Assembly: GCA_964016885.1 (NCBI GenBank)
Contig: OZ024743.1
Location: 368,218,001 to 368,282,000 of the forward strand
Origin: Eledone cirrhosa
Taxonomy: Eukaryota
Reading direction: 5' to 3'
Length of the DNA stretch: 64,000 nucleotides
The translations under genes and the position numbers were made by a program. Positions 24,776 through 36,817 of this stretch are shown in pieces. Numbering within the stretch: the first letter of the stretch is position 1; each line of letters opens with the position of its first letter. Under the pieces are notes generated by a model that worked only from the letters and a program-made list of their open reading frames with translations, was not told the origin of the DNA and did no database searches.

Positions 24776-26943
24776 CATCATCATCATCATCATCATTTTA
24801 CGTCCGCTTTTCCCTGCTTGCAAGGGTGGGACGGGTCTTATTCAGCACAGCATCTCTCCACTCGTCACGGTCCCTCGTCATTTCCACCGTGAGCTTCAAT
24901 GATCTGAGGTCTGTTCTCACCACCTCCGCCCATGTTTTTCGTGGTCTACCTCTACCACATCTTCCTTCAACTGGCAATTCCTGGCACTTCTTCACCCATC
25001 GGTCATCCTCCATGCGCATCACATGTCCATACCACCTCAGTCTCCTCTCCCGTACACTACATTCTATCCCTCTCAAACACAGTTTCTCTCTCAACACATT
25101 TATGCTGGGTCGTTCACGCACATTTACACTGCACATCCAACGGAGCATGCTTGCCTCATTTCTCTCCAGCCGTCGCATATCCTCTGCAGTTGCTGCCCAT
25201 GTCTCACTACCATGCAGCATCGCGCTCCTCACACAGGCATCATGCAACCGGCCTTTCGCATGCAGGGAGAAACGCTTCTTCGTCAACAGAGGAAGCAGCT
25301 CCCTAAACTTCTTCCAACCCGTCCTTATTCTAGATACTATGGCCTCTGAACACCCTCCTCCCATGCTAATCTGATCTCCTAGTTACCGGAAGCTATCTAA
25401 CACTTCTATAGCGCCCTCTTGTATTTGAAAAATGTGTCTATCAATGCGACTTCTACTGTCTAATTTCCCTGTACATCTACTGCATACATATTTCTCCCTA
25501 CCTGTTAGTTTGCCTGCTATACCGCTACATCTCTTGTGTACCGAGGATCTGCATTGTGTGCATTTTATAGAATTTATGCCAGTTCCTTTTCTGCATATCG
25601 AACATGGCCATTTCCCTGACGGAATCAGGGTTTTGTCCTCTTTTCTACTCATCAACACTTTTGTCTTAGCTAGATTCACTCTCAGTCCTCTTGCTTCCAA
25701 CTGCTGTTTTCATAGCCAGAATTTATTCTCTAGCTCCTCTACTGATTCTGCTATAAGAACCAGATCGTCAGCATAGAGAAGTTCCCATGGACAGCCAGTC
25801 TTAAACTCCTCTGTTATGGCTTGGAGGACTATAATGAACAAGAGCGGGCTGATGTACTCCTACTTGTATCTGGAATTCCTCACTAAACTCCATTCCTACC
25901 CTGACTTTACTGAGAGTACCCCTGTACAAAGTTTGCACTGTCCTCACAAGCCATTCCTCAACACCTAGCTTCCTTAGGGACCACCAGATGACAGATCGGG
26001 GTACCCTATCAAAGGCCTTCTCTAGGTCAACAAAGGCTAAGTATAGTGGCTTATTTTTCTCTAAGAACCTCTCTTGCAATTGTCTCACCAAGAAGAGGGC
26101 ATCTGTTGTACTCTTCCCAGGCACAAAACCAAACTGCATCTCATCTAGTTTGACCCTTTCTCTAATTAGTTGTGCTAAAATCCTTTCTGCCACTTTCATA
26201 ACCTGATCTATCAGTTTTATACCCCTATAATTGCTCCTCTCCAAAGCATCCCCTTTACCTTTGTAGCAATTTATGAGAATACTGCTGCACCAGTCTTTGG
26301 GTATGACACCACCATATATAGCCTGATTGATGATGCGTGCAACCAGTTTAGTGCTACGTCCCCCGATGCCTTCAGCATCTCAGCAACTATTCCCGATGGT
26401 CCGGCAGCCTTACCATTTTTCATTTCCCTAATCGCCTCTTGGACCCTATATTCATCAATCTCAATAGCTGGTCCCTCTGTCGGATCCACCAAGAGTCATT
26501 TTTCTCTCTCCCATTCGTTCTCCACATTCATCAGTCTCTCATAATGACATTTCCAGGCCTCCTTTTTCTGATCATTCGTGACACTAAGTACACCGGCATC
26601 ACCCCGGACACATTTATCTCCAACAACATCCTGATTTGCATTGACACACTGCCTTGCAATGTGGAACACCGCCCGCCTCTGATCTTCCCGTCGCAGAACA
26701 TTGGCAAACCTCCTACTCTCTGCCTCCCTGCGTGCTAAGTACACCTGATGTCTAGCTTCTCTCTTAGTGGCTGTATATTCTTCCCTACTCCCACCCTTTT
26801 TCCAAGCCTTCCATGCTAGTCTTTTGTCTCTAATAGCCTTATCTACTGTGCTGTTCCACCACCAGGTCACCCTCTGTCTGGTTGGAGCTTTGCTCCAGCC
26901 ACAGGTTTCATCAGTAGCCTGCAGCAAGTTGTCGCGTAAGAAA
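24773..26943 (-). mobile_element. RTE family C, 5'-truncated and frameshifted
   Basis: Highly similar to 7370-8960; ORF ends LNKTRPTLASREKRT* immediately before the (ATG)n tail, with no long 3' UTR. Confidence 0.92.
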
Positions 26944-26992
26944 TATGTGTATATATATGTGTATATATATATATATGTGTATATATATGTGT

Positions 26993-29900
26993 ATCATCAT
27001 CATCACCGTTTTACGTCCGTTCTTCCACGCTAGCATGGGTTAGACGGGTTGTCCTGTTGTGGGCAGTGTCTGGTCGGCTGACCATGCCTTGCTCATACAG
27101 GAACTGATCTGGCTTGATTTCTACAGCTGGATGCCCTTCCTAACACCAACCTCATTTACAGTGAGTGCTGGGTGCTTTTTCGTGGCGCCTACACGTCCAC
27201 TTTACAGTGTGGGCTGGGTGCTTTTTGCCGTGGCACCTCCACGACCACCTTGCGGTGGGGGGGGGGGCATATTGTTTATATGCTTCAGCATGTACCCATG
27301 GGAGGTCGGGTACCCTGTATTACTGCGTGACGCCAGAAGTCACGGTCGTGTGTCATTGACTTTGAGAGGTGTAGTTGGGTAAGGTCAGCTTTTATCACCT
27401 CATCCCAAGTCATCTTGGGTCTCCCCACTCCGCGGTTTCCATCAACTTCTAGTGCTCTGCACCTTTTTATGCAGCTGTCATCCTTCATACGCATCACATG
27501 TCCATACCAGCGTAACCGCCTCTCCTGCACACAGCATTTGAATCCTCTTATGCTCAGTCTCTCTCTCAATTCCTTTATGCTTTGTCGTTCACGTATATTA
27601 CTGTTACACATCCATCGGAGCATGCAGGCTTCGTTTCTCTCTAATCTATGTAAGTCTTCCACCTTCAGCGCCCAGGTCTCACTACCATGCAACATCGCTG
27701 TTCGGATACACGCATCATACAGTCTGCCTTTCATTCTGAGGGAGAAGCCTTTTGCAGCTAGCAGTGGTAGTAGTTCCCTAAACTTCTTCCATCCCGTTCT
27801 TACCCTAGTTATTGTACTTTCTGAGCACCCACCTCCGTTGCTAATTCGGTCACCTAGGTAGCAGAAGCTGTCTACTGTTTCTACAGGGCCCTCCCAGAGA
27901 TTGGTGGTACTTGTTTCCTGTGGCTGTTTGCTTGCTGTTTCAGCACAGCTGCTGCATGTGAATCCTACATTCTTAATTAAGCTTCCTGAGATCCCGCTAC
28001 ATCTCTTGTGTACCCATTGTTTGCATTTGGGGCAGAGAATGGAGTTCCTACCTACACCTTTCCTACATACTGAGCAAGGCCATTTCCCTGAGGGGATCTG
28101 GGTTCTGTTTTCTCGTCTACTTATAAGGACCTTAGTCTTTGTCATGTTGACTTTGAGGCCCTTTCTCTCTAGTCCCTGCTTCCAGGTTTGGAATTTATTC
28201 TCTAGTTCTACCATAGATTCAGCTATGAGTGCGAGGTCATCAGCATACAGGAGTTCCCATGGGCATCCGGTCTTAAACTCCTCCGTTATTGCCTGCAGGA
28301 CTATGATGAACAGGAGAGGGCTAAGAACAGAGCCCTGGTGGACCCCAACCTGTACGCTAAATTCCTCGCTATACTCATTGCCAATCCTAACTTTGCTGAC
28401 TGCTCCCCTATACATGGCTTGTACCGCTTTCACAAGCCATTCATCTACTCCTAGTTTTCTAAGAGCCCACCAGATTACTGCACGTGGAACTCTGTCAAAG
28501 GCTTTCTCAAGGTCGACAAATGCCAAGTAGAGTGGCTTACTTTTAGCTAGGTACTTTTCCTGTAATTGCCTCACAAGGAAGAGGGCATCAGTGGTGCCTT
28601 TCCCTGGTACAAACCCAAATTGCATCTCGTCTATATTCACCCGGTCCCTAATCAGCTGTGCTATAACTCTTTCTGTTACTTTCATGACCTGGTCCATCAA
28701 CTTTATACCTCTATAGTTTCCTCTATCTAGTGCATCGCCTTTACCTTTGTAGCAGTTGACAATGATGCTACTGCACCAATCTTTTGGTATGGCCCCCTCT
28801 AGTATTACCTGGTTAACGATACGTGTGGTTATAGTGTGACCTACAGACCCAGATGCCTTCAGCATCTCGGCAGCTATACCCGATGGACCGGTTGCCTTCC
28901 CTATCTTCATATCTCTGATTGCCTTACTTACTACGCTGCCGCTGACTTGTACTGCTGGTCCCTCTATAGGGTCTACGTGGGGTAGGGTCTCTTCTTCCCA
29001 TGCATTCTCCTCATTTAGTAATCTATCATAATGACTCTTCCATGCATCTTTCTTCTCAGCACTTGTGAGGGCAAGCTCACCTTTATCATTCCGGATACAC
29101 TTCTCTCCAATGACATCACAACTATCTCTGACACACTGCCTCGCAATCTTGAATACCTCCTGTTTCTGGTCCTCACGTTGTAAAACATGCTTGAATTTTC
29201 TATCCTCTGCTTCCCTCCTAGCTAAGTATACTTGTCGCCTAGCTTCCCTCTTGGTCTCTATGTAATGTACCCTGCTCCCCCCGTTCTTCCATTCTTTCCA
29301 TGCCTGTCTCTTGGCCTTGACTGCTTCATCTACCTTATTGTTCCACCACCAAGTCACTCTCCTCCTGCTTGAGGTCTTACTCCAGCCACAAACCTCATCC
29401 GTCGCCTCTAGTAAGTTATTTTTTAGGAACTCCCAGTTCTCTTCTACGTTAAATGTCTCTATCTGTTCTTCTTTACTGTCGTAGGCGTTGAGTAAAATAT
29501 CTTTAAATCTGTTACTGGTTGAGGGGACTTTCAGCTTCCAGATCTTTCTTCTCCAGGTTGGCCTCTGTTTCAGGGCTCGTCTAGTTCTGACCGTGAGGTC
29601 GCTGACAACTAAGCTATGTTGGGATGTACATTCCTCACTAGGGAAGGCTTTTGTGTTTACGACCGTCCATCTGTCACGTCCTCTGATGAGGATAAAATCT
29701 AACTGACTAGAGTGCTCCCCTGATCTATAGGTGATCAGGTGGTTGTCGGGTTTTTTAAAGTTTGTGTTACATATCGACATGTCATTGGCGTCGCAGAATT
29801 CTAGAAGTCTGAATCCTTCCTCATTCCTTGTGCCAACTCCATGGCCTCCATGTACTCTATTGAAGCCGTCGCAGTGTTTACCTACGTGTCCGTTAAAATC

Positions 29901-30528
29901 TCCTGCAATGATTAGGAAGTCCTTGTTGTCTGTTAGAGCAGTAGTGTGTATTAGGGACTCGTAAAACCTATCCTTAAGTTCGTCTGGCAGCCCCGATTGG
30001 GGTGCGTAAGCTGATATTATTGTGGTAATTGTCTTATTCAGGACTAGTCTGAGTTTAATGATTCTTGCATTTACCCTGTACACTGAGATTACTTTATCTA
30101 CCCACTTGTCAGCTAGTAGTATACCTACACCACCCATCCCATCGTCATTTCCCACCCAGAAAAATTTGTAGCACTGGCTTTTTCCTACAAGGACTCTAGC
30201 AGACCCTCCTCTCCATCTAGTCTCTTGCACACAGCATACATCAACTTCCTTTCGCTCTAGCATTTCTACGATTTCTCCTGCTCTTCCTTTCATTGAGCCT
30301 ACATTGATGGTACCAACTCGGAGTTTTGGGCATTTGTCGACACTCGTAGGGGAGGGTCTCTGGGTTGACGCTTCACGTGGGTGCTTGGTAGCTCGCAGAT
30401 TCATATTTCATCTATTGATTCAGAGTTGCTCGTGTATTCCCAGCTCATCCATCCATAACGGTGGGAAAATTGAGGGCTAGAAGAACAGTGGTGGTGGGGT
30501 AATGGCAGGGTGTGTTGGGATGCGCCAT
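26993..30528 (-). mobile_element. RTE family A with complete ORF; candidate retrotransposition-competent copy
   Basis: About 120-nt leader, single 1039-aa ORF, 3' UTR module and (GAT)n tail; TA/TG tracts on both sides. Confidence 0.95.
27285..30404 (-). CDS. LINE polyprotein: APE endonuclease, RT and PHD-like Cys4-His-Cys3 finger
   Basis: VGTINVG, DVCCVQETRW, SAYAPQ, GDFNGHVG, SQHSLV; RT QFGF, DLEKAFD, GVHQGSVLSPLLF, YADD, FCYLG; no stops. Confidence 0.95.
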   Translation of the reverse strand: MNLRATKHPREASTQRPSPTSVDKCPKLRVGTINVGSMKGRAGEIVEMLERKEVDVCCVQETRWRGGSARVLVGKSQCYKFFWVGNDDGMGGVGILLADKWVDKVISVYRVNARIIKLRLVLNKTITTIISAYAPQSGLPDELKDRFYESLIHTTALTDNKDFLIIAGDFNGHVGKHCDGFNRVHGGHGVGTRNEEGFRLLEFCDANDMSICNTNFKKPDNHLITYRSGEHSSQLDFILIRGRDRWTVVNTKAFPSEECTSQHSLVVSDLTVRTRRALKQRPTWRRKIWKLKVPSTSNRFKDILLNAYDSKEEQIETFNVEENWEFLKNNLLEATDEVCGWSKTSSRRRVTWWWNNKVDEAVKAKRQAWKEWKNGGSRVHYIETKREARRQVYLARREAEDRKFKHVLQREDQKQEVFKIARQCVRDSCDVIGEKCIRNDKGELALTSAEKKDAWKSHYDRLLNEENAWEEETLPHVDPIEGPAVQVSGSVVSKAIRDMKIGKATGPSGIAAEMLKASGSVGHTITTRIVNQVILEGAIPKDWCSSIIVNCYKGKGDALDRGNYRGIKLMDQVMKVTERVIAQLIRDRVNIDEMQFGFVPGKGTTDALFLVRQLQEKYLAKSKPLYLAFVDLEKAFDRVPRAVIWWALRKLGVDEWLVKAVQAMYRGAVSKVRIGNEYSEEFSVQVGVHQGSVLSPLLFIIVLQAITEEFKTGCPWELLYADDLALIAESMVELENKFQTWKQGLERKGLKVNMTKTKVLISRRENRTQIPSGKWPCSVCRKGVGRNSILCPKCKQWVHKRCSGISGSLIKNVGFTCSSCAETASKQPQETSTTNLWEGPVETVDSFCYLGDRISNGGGCSESTITRVRTGWKKFRELLPLLAAKGFSLRMKGRLYDACIRTAMLHGSETWALKVEDLHRLERNEACMLRWMCNSNIRERQSIKELRERLSIRGFKCCVQERRLRWYGHVMRMKDDSCIKRCRALEVDGNRGVGRPKMTWDEVIKADLTQLHLSKSMTHDRDFWRHAVIQGTRPPMGTC

Positions 30529-30582
30529 GTGTATATATATATAAAGAGTTTTGTAGCTTGCTCATAAATATATATATTTATC

Positions 30583-30780
30583 ATGTAGGTGTCATGACAA
30601 ACAGCACACACTGTAAATATGTTTGGCATTATGAGGGGCATCCATCTGTAGAAAACCAGCCAGAAACTCTCCTATATGAGTGAGACACAGTCACCTGACC
30701 CAACTTGCCTCTAATTGGGACAAGCCCGTCTAACCCATGCTCGCGTGGAAGATAGATGTTAATCGACGATCGATAATGAT
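30583..30780 (+). mobile_element. Old RTE/SINE 3' tail fragment
   Basis: Degenerate GGGCATCC module and ACCCATGCTCGCGTGGAAG tail; similar relics at about 32515-32700 (-), 32715-32925, 33600-33710, 36060-36400 and 61750-62050 (-). Confidence 0.7.
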
Positions 30781-31324
30781 ATATATGTGTGTGTGTGTGT
30801 GTATGTATGATATGTCAGGTCGCTCTCGAGTGCTACTGGTAACATGTAACCCAGTACAACCTGTCTCATGGTTGGGTCATTGGTGACTAGACCGGCAACC
30901 CCACAAAGCTTGCTTGGTGAGGAAGGTGATATTTGGACACCCTGTGGGATGAAATACAAGACCCAGCAAAGGGTGGAGGAACTCAGCAGAGCCAATGGCC
31001 ATCCAAATAGGTTTTTTTTTTCCACCTAGGAGTGAAAGGCCCCCAGTTATTTTCAGTCTTTTGACTGTGGCCAAGTCCTAATTTAGTGTCTTTTACACCA
31101 AACCCTGTATTAATTTTTTTTCAAGTTTGTTTCCTATTTCATTGATATCCTATCTGCTAAGTTTTATGACAGAAAAACAAATGGACACATACACACACAC
31201 ATATGTGGACATCCATGCACTCACAGACACTCATCATTATCATTTAGCATTGGGGTTTTTTTTTCTACTAATAAGGATGAAATAGTTTGTAGTGAGTCAG
31301 TAGCCAAGCAGAACTACTGACAGA

Positions 31325-31471
31325 CTTCTGCAGATTCTGTCTACTAAATTTCACTTACAAGGTATTGGTGAACCCAAGGCTATAGAAGACACTTGCCCAA
31401 TGACCACATAGTAAGAGTCAACCCAAAACCATGTGGTTTCAAAACAAACTCCTTTACCAGACAGCCATGCC

Positions 31472-31476
<5 letters not shown>
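31325..31476 (-). mobile_element. tRNA-derived SINE, second family, degraded
   Basis: Minus strand GCACAGGCATGGCTGTCTGGTAA..GGGTTGACTC..TTGGGCAAGTGTCTTCTATAGCC, matching an octopus SINE pattern as I recall it. Confidence 0.7.
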
Positions 31477-31499
<23 letters not shown>

Positions 31500-31503
<4 letters not shown>

Positions 31504-31860
31504 AAGAAAAAGAGATGAAATCGAAAATGCAACTGGAGTCTTATTTTTTTTTTAAATATATATATTTATTTGGTTCCTTTACCAGTTTCGCAGTTCTTCT
31601 GCTTTTCAAAAGGTGAGTTGAGATAGAGGGTCTGTGGTTTTTCTCACAGATGTGAGAAAAACCACAGACCCTCCATCTCAACTCACCTTTTGAAAAGCAG
31701 AAGAACTGCGAAACTGGTAAAGGAACCAAATAAATATATATATTTAAAAAAAAAATAAGACTCCAGTTGCATTTTCGATTTCATCTCTTTTTCTTTATAC
31801 TTTCACTCGTGTAGGACACCTCTGTTATTTTTCATTTTGTAAAAAAAACCTCACTTTCTA
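31500..31860. mobile_element. Fold-back element with inverted hammerhead pair H2
   Basis: Arms of about 149 bp (31500-31648 / 31651-31798) with a 2-nt spacer and (TA)n flanks; second copy reversed at 59786-60111. Confidence 0.85.
31686..31723 (+). ncRNA. Minimal hammerhead H2 with U3-A8 core variant (antisense copy at 31576-31613)
   Basis: CCUU-UUGAAAA-GCAG aagaa CUGC-GAAA-CUGG-UA/AAGG. Confidence 0.7.
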
Positions 31861-31870
31861 ATAAAGATAG

Positions 31871-31929
<59 letters not shown>

Positions 31930-34616
31930 TATAGAAATATATAGAAATATATATATTTCTATCTTTGTGTGGGTGCAAACACAAAAAATGGAGGTAACAT
32001 GGCAATGAGGATATATGTATATATATCAGATTAGAGGTGGTAAAAACCAGTTAGACAATTACTCATCAGAGTACTCAATACTTGTGGTAGTAAATGGGTA
32101 ATTTGAAAAAATTAAGGACCCGGTGTTCGGGTCTAGCTATTGAAATGGCTGGAGCTCTGGAATCTTTTGATATTTCCTGTTTCTATTTTATGTCAATCTA
32201 ATTCTTGTTTCATATATAGCATGAGAAGGGATGTGATAAACTGCTAGATGTGGATAGTCCTGGATTCACTGCATCTATATATTGTAGATCAGATAAAGAA
32301 TAAGAATAATAGTGAGATGTATACTATAAGTTAATTTAGTTGATCAATCTGGTCAGATTAAAATGCACTTGGTTAATTATATTTACAATCTGGATGAATA
32401 AGAAAGTTAAAATAATAAATGAATAAATAGAAATAACATAAAAATAATTTTCCCCTATAATTACTGTCTATGGTTTTACAGAAATATATAAATTGTAAGA
32501 ATATTTTTAATCATCATCATCATTTTACATCTGCTTTTTTAGCTGGCAAGTGTGGGAGAGCTTGTTACAGTCCATATTAGTTCTTATTCTGAGTCACTGA
32601 CTGTCTACATGGGTCAGTGATCATAACCTACTTGCATATATTTTTAGGCATGATTTCTATGGCTCGATACCCTTTCTATCACTAAACATTTTACAAAATC
32701 TTGACAGGACGCTTCAGTTGTGTCAAAGACATGATAACCTCTCTAGTGCTGGTACAATGATAAAATGGACACAGTAGAACGTGGAACATTATGTAAGCAA
32801 GATGTGAACCCCCAGCCTGTCTGGAAGGTCAGTAGCCCTGCTTCAGTTCTGACTCAGTCTGTGAAGATACGTTCAACCCTTGCTAGCAGGAAAAGTGAAC
32901 GTTAAATGATGATGATGATGATGACAATTGGGTACATTTTATAGTGTCATCAGCATTTGGGAGGTTGTCTTATTTTGTCTTCATTCACAGAAACCAGAGA
33001 AGTTGTTTTAACCCTGGCAAGAAAAATAGGGTCTCCCTCTTTCCTGCATTGTCTCTATTCATTCAATTCATTATTTCTTACACTATTGGGTGGGAAAGAA
33101 ATAGAGTGAGAGGATGAAATAAGAAAGAGTAATAGAAAAGAGTGAGTGATCTTGGTTGGGGGTGTACAATGAAGGAAACAAGATAGGCTGGGGAAGTAGT
33201 GATGAAGAGAGTTAGGACATGTGTAATGGGATTTAACTATTGAAGGGGAGTGGGATTTTGGATATAGTAGGGATGAGAGTAGTTACTAAAGAGTGATGGG
33301 GTGGCAGGTAGATTATGGTGGGTGGGGGAGAACATGTCACATTTGCATAGAAGTTGTGTTAGATGAAGCAGGGTTAGTGGATACTATAGCAGAGATGGTG
33401 GGATGGCTTGCTTTTATAGTTGCATTTTCTTTGGTATTGCATGTTACCAGTTTTTGGAGTAGTATCATTTGTCACAATATGTTGACATTGTTTATAATAA
33501 AACACTAGCAGTGATATTGCTTAAGTCCCCCATAAACAATACACACTGCAGCATAGCAGTTTAATGGATCTTAGTAACATATATAATATTTAAAAAAATA
33601 TGGTTTGGGTAGGTATCAAAAAGGGCATCTGGCTATAGAACCTCTCTCAAAAATGTTAGCTCAATCTATGCAAGCATGATAAAAAGGGTCCTAAAAATGA
33701 TGAGGATGATGTGGTTGTTATTTTTCAGTTATATGTAATTTGTAATAATAAGGCTCTGCATAGCTTCTACTTCAGGAATTTGATATGCAATTATCTTAAT
33801 GAAATATGGTTTTTAATATAATTTAAATGGTTATTTAATAGCTGCATCATCATCTCTACAATCATTGGAATAAAATAATTATAAATCACAATTCTAAAAT
33901 ATAGTGATCATTGAAAATAAAATGATTAAGTTCTATTTATGTATTTCTCATTAAACTGCAGCTTAGCAGTTAGTCTTCTTCTTCAGGCCAAATAAATACT
34001 AGTGTAACTCACATAAGTCTATTATTCACATATCTGGTAGGAACAGCTGCTAAACCTGCAGACATATTTCAGATTACACCCATAGAAAAAGTTATTTTGT
34101 CCAATCCTTCCTACCTCACAACTCTAATCCTCTGAAACTGCCTCATTTTCTATACTTTTCTGAGATTAATTAATTTACAGATGTTTAATTAAACATGAAG
34201 TATATCAATCTGAGTAGTGTGAGAAAGCCTACAAACTTTAAGTAATTAAAAACAATTTAATACTAAGATATTTTTTTTTAAATTCCAAGTTCAATTGTTC
34301 TTGTAAGATTTAAGAGTTAAACTAAAGGTACTAATTAAAATAACTAACCCATGTATTGGATGAAACTGCATTAGAAAAACATTATTAAAAAGTATAAAAC
34401 AGTACTATGACTACATCATATTAATAGTTGAAGTCTCTAATACTGCAAATTTTCACAAAGATTGCCCACTAGTCAAGATAACATGAGCAGATGTAACAAA
34501 CTTGTTTTTAGTTATTTTCTGCCCTAATCATTATGGGATGTTAAGAATTAAATAATAAAAAGCAGAAGATTACAATGTCATATATGATAATTACAATGAT
34601 TAAAATATTGTCATTG

Positions 34617-35629
34617 TATCAGGCTAGAATAAAAGTTCTGTCCAATTTTCAAGTCAAAATGTTGAGCGTGATATTAAAGTTCTATTTCTATCTGAAATTG
34701 AGTCACACCACCAAGAATAATATAAGGATATTATTCTTGAAAATGTTTTCAACTTCACCTTCATGTTTGATTCAACTAAAGAAAACGTTCAACCTGTTAT
34801 GCTCTACAAGTCCTATAAAAGGGTCAACATAAGTGTAGTAGCAGAATCCACCAAAAGCACTTATGTTGATGCAGTATATGAAAGAACATGTGGGAGGTGT
34901 TTTTTCCATACATAAATGGAAACATCAGCCTAAAGGATAAGCCAAGAAGAGTTAATCGAAATGGACTTGATTCGGAGGCATTCAAAGTTGCAATTGCAGC
35001 AAATCCTGCTATTACAGCTAGGGAATTTAGCAGCCATTTCAATGTTAGCCAGATGACTATTTCACATGAACTGAAAAGGCTTTAAAATGTTTTAAAGGTT
35101 GATTACTGTGAGGCAACTCCAAGTGTCTTTTTTGGATAGTTAGTAATGGAGATGAGAAATAGATTCTTTTTCACAATGTTAAGCAGGGTTGTCAGTGGCT
35201 TAATCACAGCTGATCAACAATCACAACTGATTAACAATTTCCATGTTTAAAAACCACTTTGCATAGAAAATGCCCATCCTTAGCAAACAGAAAAGATGTC
35301 ATTCTTCACAATAATGCCCGTTACAAAGAAACATCTAGAGAAACTCAGCTATGAAAAAGCATTTTACCCACCATATTATTATTATGGCCTTTCTTTCTTT
35401 GATTATCATTAGTTTGATAGACTTCAACTAACGTCAAGAGAGGTGGTGGAAAATGAGTTAGTCTCCTATTCCGCATCAAAACCTAAAGAATTTTATAAAC
35501 ATTGACAGATGAAATAAGATTATCAAAACCAATAAAGAATATGTTGATGATTGAATATGTCCATAAATATCAATGTTTTGATGAACAAAATGCATGTTAA
35601 AATCAGAGAACTTCCATTCCACTCTGATA
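34617..35629 (+). mobile_element. Mariner DNA transposon relic with degenerate TIRs
   Basis: TATCAGGCTAGAATAAAAGTTC versus reverse complement TATCAGAGTGGAATGGAAGTTC; HTH fragment LKDKPRR..TARE..VSQMTISHELKRL; remnants of GDEK and HDNAR motifs. Confidence 0.8.
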
Positions 35630-36613
35630 GTTTGAGTAGTTATAAAACAAGTTTTCTCTTTATTCAGTTTAACACAAATTTGCTATATGCTTATTGACAT
35701 TGTTCTTACTGATATTTTATCATTCTTCAAGGGTTGATACATAAAGTACCAGTCAAGTCCTGATGGCACATCTTTGTTCTCTCTCTCTCATTCCCTCTCG
35801 GTTGATTGTGAACTAGTTGAAGACTGGTGACAATCTAGCTTATTTATACACCAAAGACTTCTATCAGATTAAGCCATTGACATAATCTTTGGAATTAGGT
35901 GCTAATGGGCCAAGCAACAGTTTTAGGTTTTGTATTGGCATTATGTAATCATCAAATGTAATATTTAAATTGTAGAAAATATGATATGGTGTTTTTTATT
36001 TTAATGATTTTTCTTTGATTAAAATACATACCTTAAAATTGTTTAGATGACAATAGTTTAGTTGTCAAAGACATGATAATCTCCTTGTTGTTGGTGATCT
36101 ACAAGATAAACACACCTAATACATGCTGTAAAATGGTTGATGATAGGAAGGACATCCAATCGTAGAAAGCTTGCCAAACAAAAGGGTGGAAGGACGCTTT
36201 AGTTGTGTCAAGGATATGGCAACCTCCCTAGTGTTTGTGCCATGATAAAATGCACTCAGTAGAGCACAGGATTGTATATAAGAAAGATGCAAGCCCTCAG
36301 ACCATCTGAGAGGTAAGCAGCCCCATTTGAGTACTGACTCAGTCTGTGAAGACCCACCCAACCTTTGGTTGCAGGGTAAATGGACATTAATCATTAATGA
36401 TGATAGTACACACATACTTTAACATTGTTTAAATGGCAATAATTTGTTTTTATATTGTTTATTCTTGCTTAATTTTAAGTAGAGGTGATATAAAATGTCT
36501 TGCATATTGCTAAGTAGCTATGAGCTATGGTAGTAAGGCTGAAGACATATATTTTTGTTTTTGTTACTTGTTTCATTATAAATCTAAAATGATTTTCTTT
36601 CATCATATTTCAG

Positions 36614-36817
36614 GTGTGGATGTTGCCCAGACATTAGTTGGCCACAACAGTGAAAATGAAATATTGGTAAATGGCTTTGAAACACCAGGTTCCTATGTAC
36701 GAAATGTTCGCTATGATGCAGGAATTATGGAACTTGAAGCATTAATTGAACGAGCAACATCGTGTAAACAGTTTATTAGCTACAGATGCAACACTTCCCA
36801 TCTGCTGGCTAATCCAA
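36614..36817 (+). CDS. Internal coding exon of a Neurexin IV / contactin-associated protein (Caspr)-like gene, fibrinogen-like region
   Basis: tttcag|G acceptor and A|gtaggt donor; 204 nt, phase 1-1; VGHNSENEILVNGFETPGSYVRNVRYDAGIMELEALIERATSCKQFISYRCNTSHLLANP resembles the Nrx-IV GFQEPGSF..Y..IEALL.RS.SC.Q.LSY.C pattern. Confidence 0.8.
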
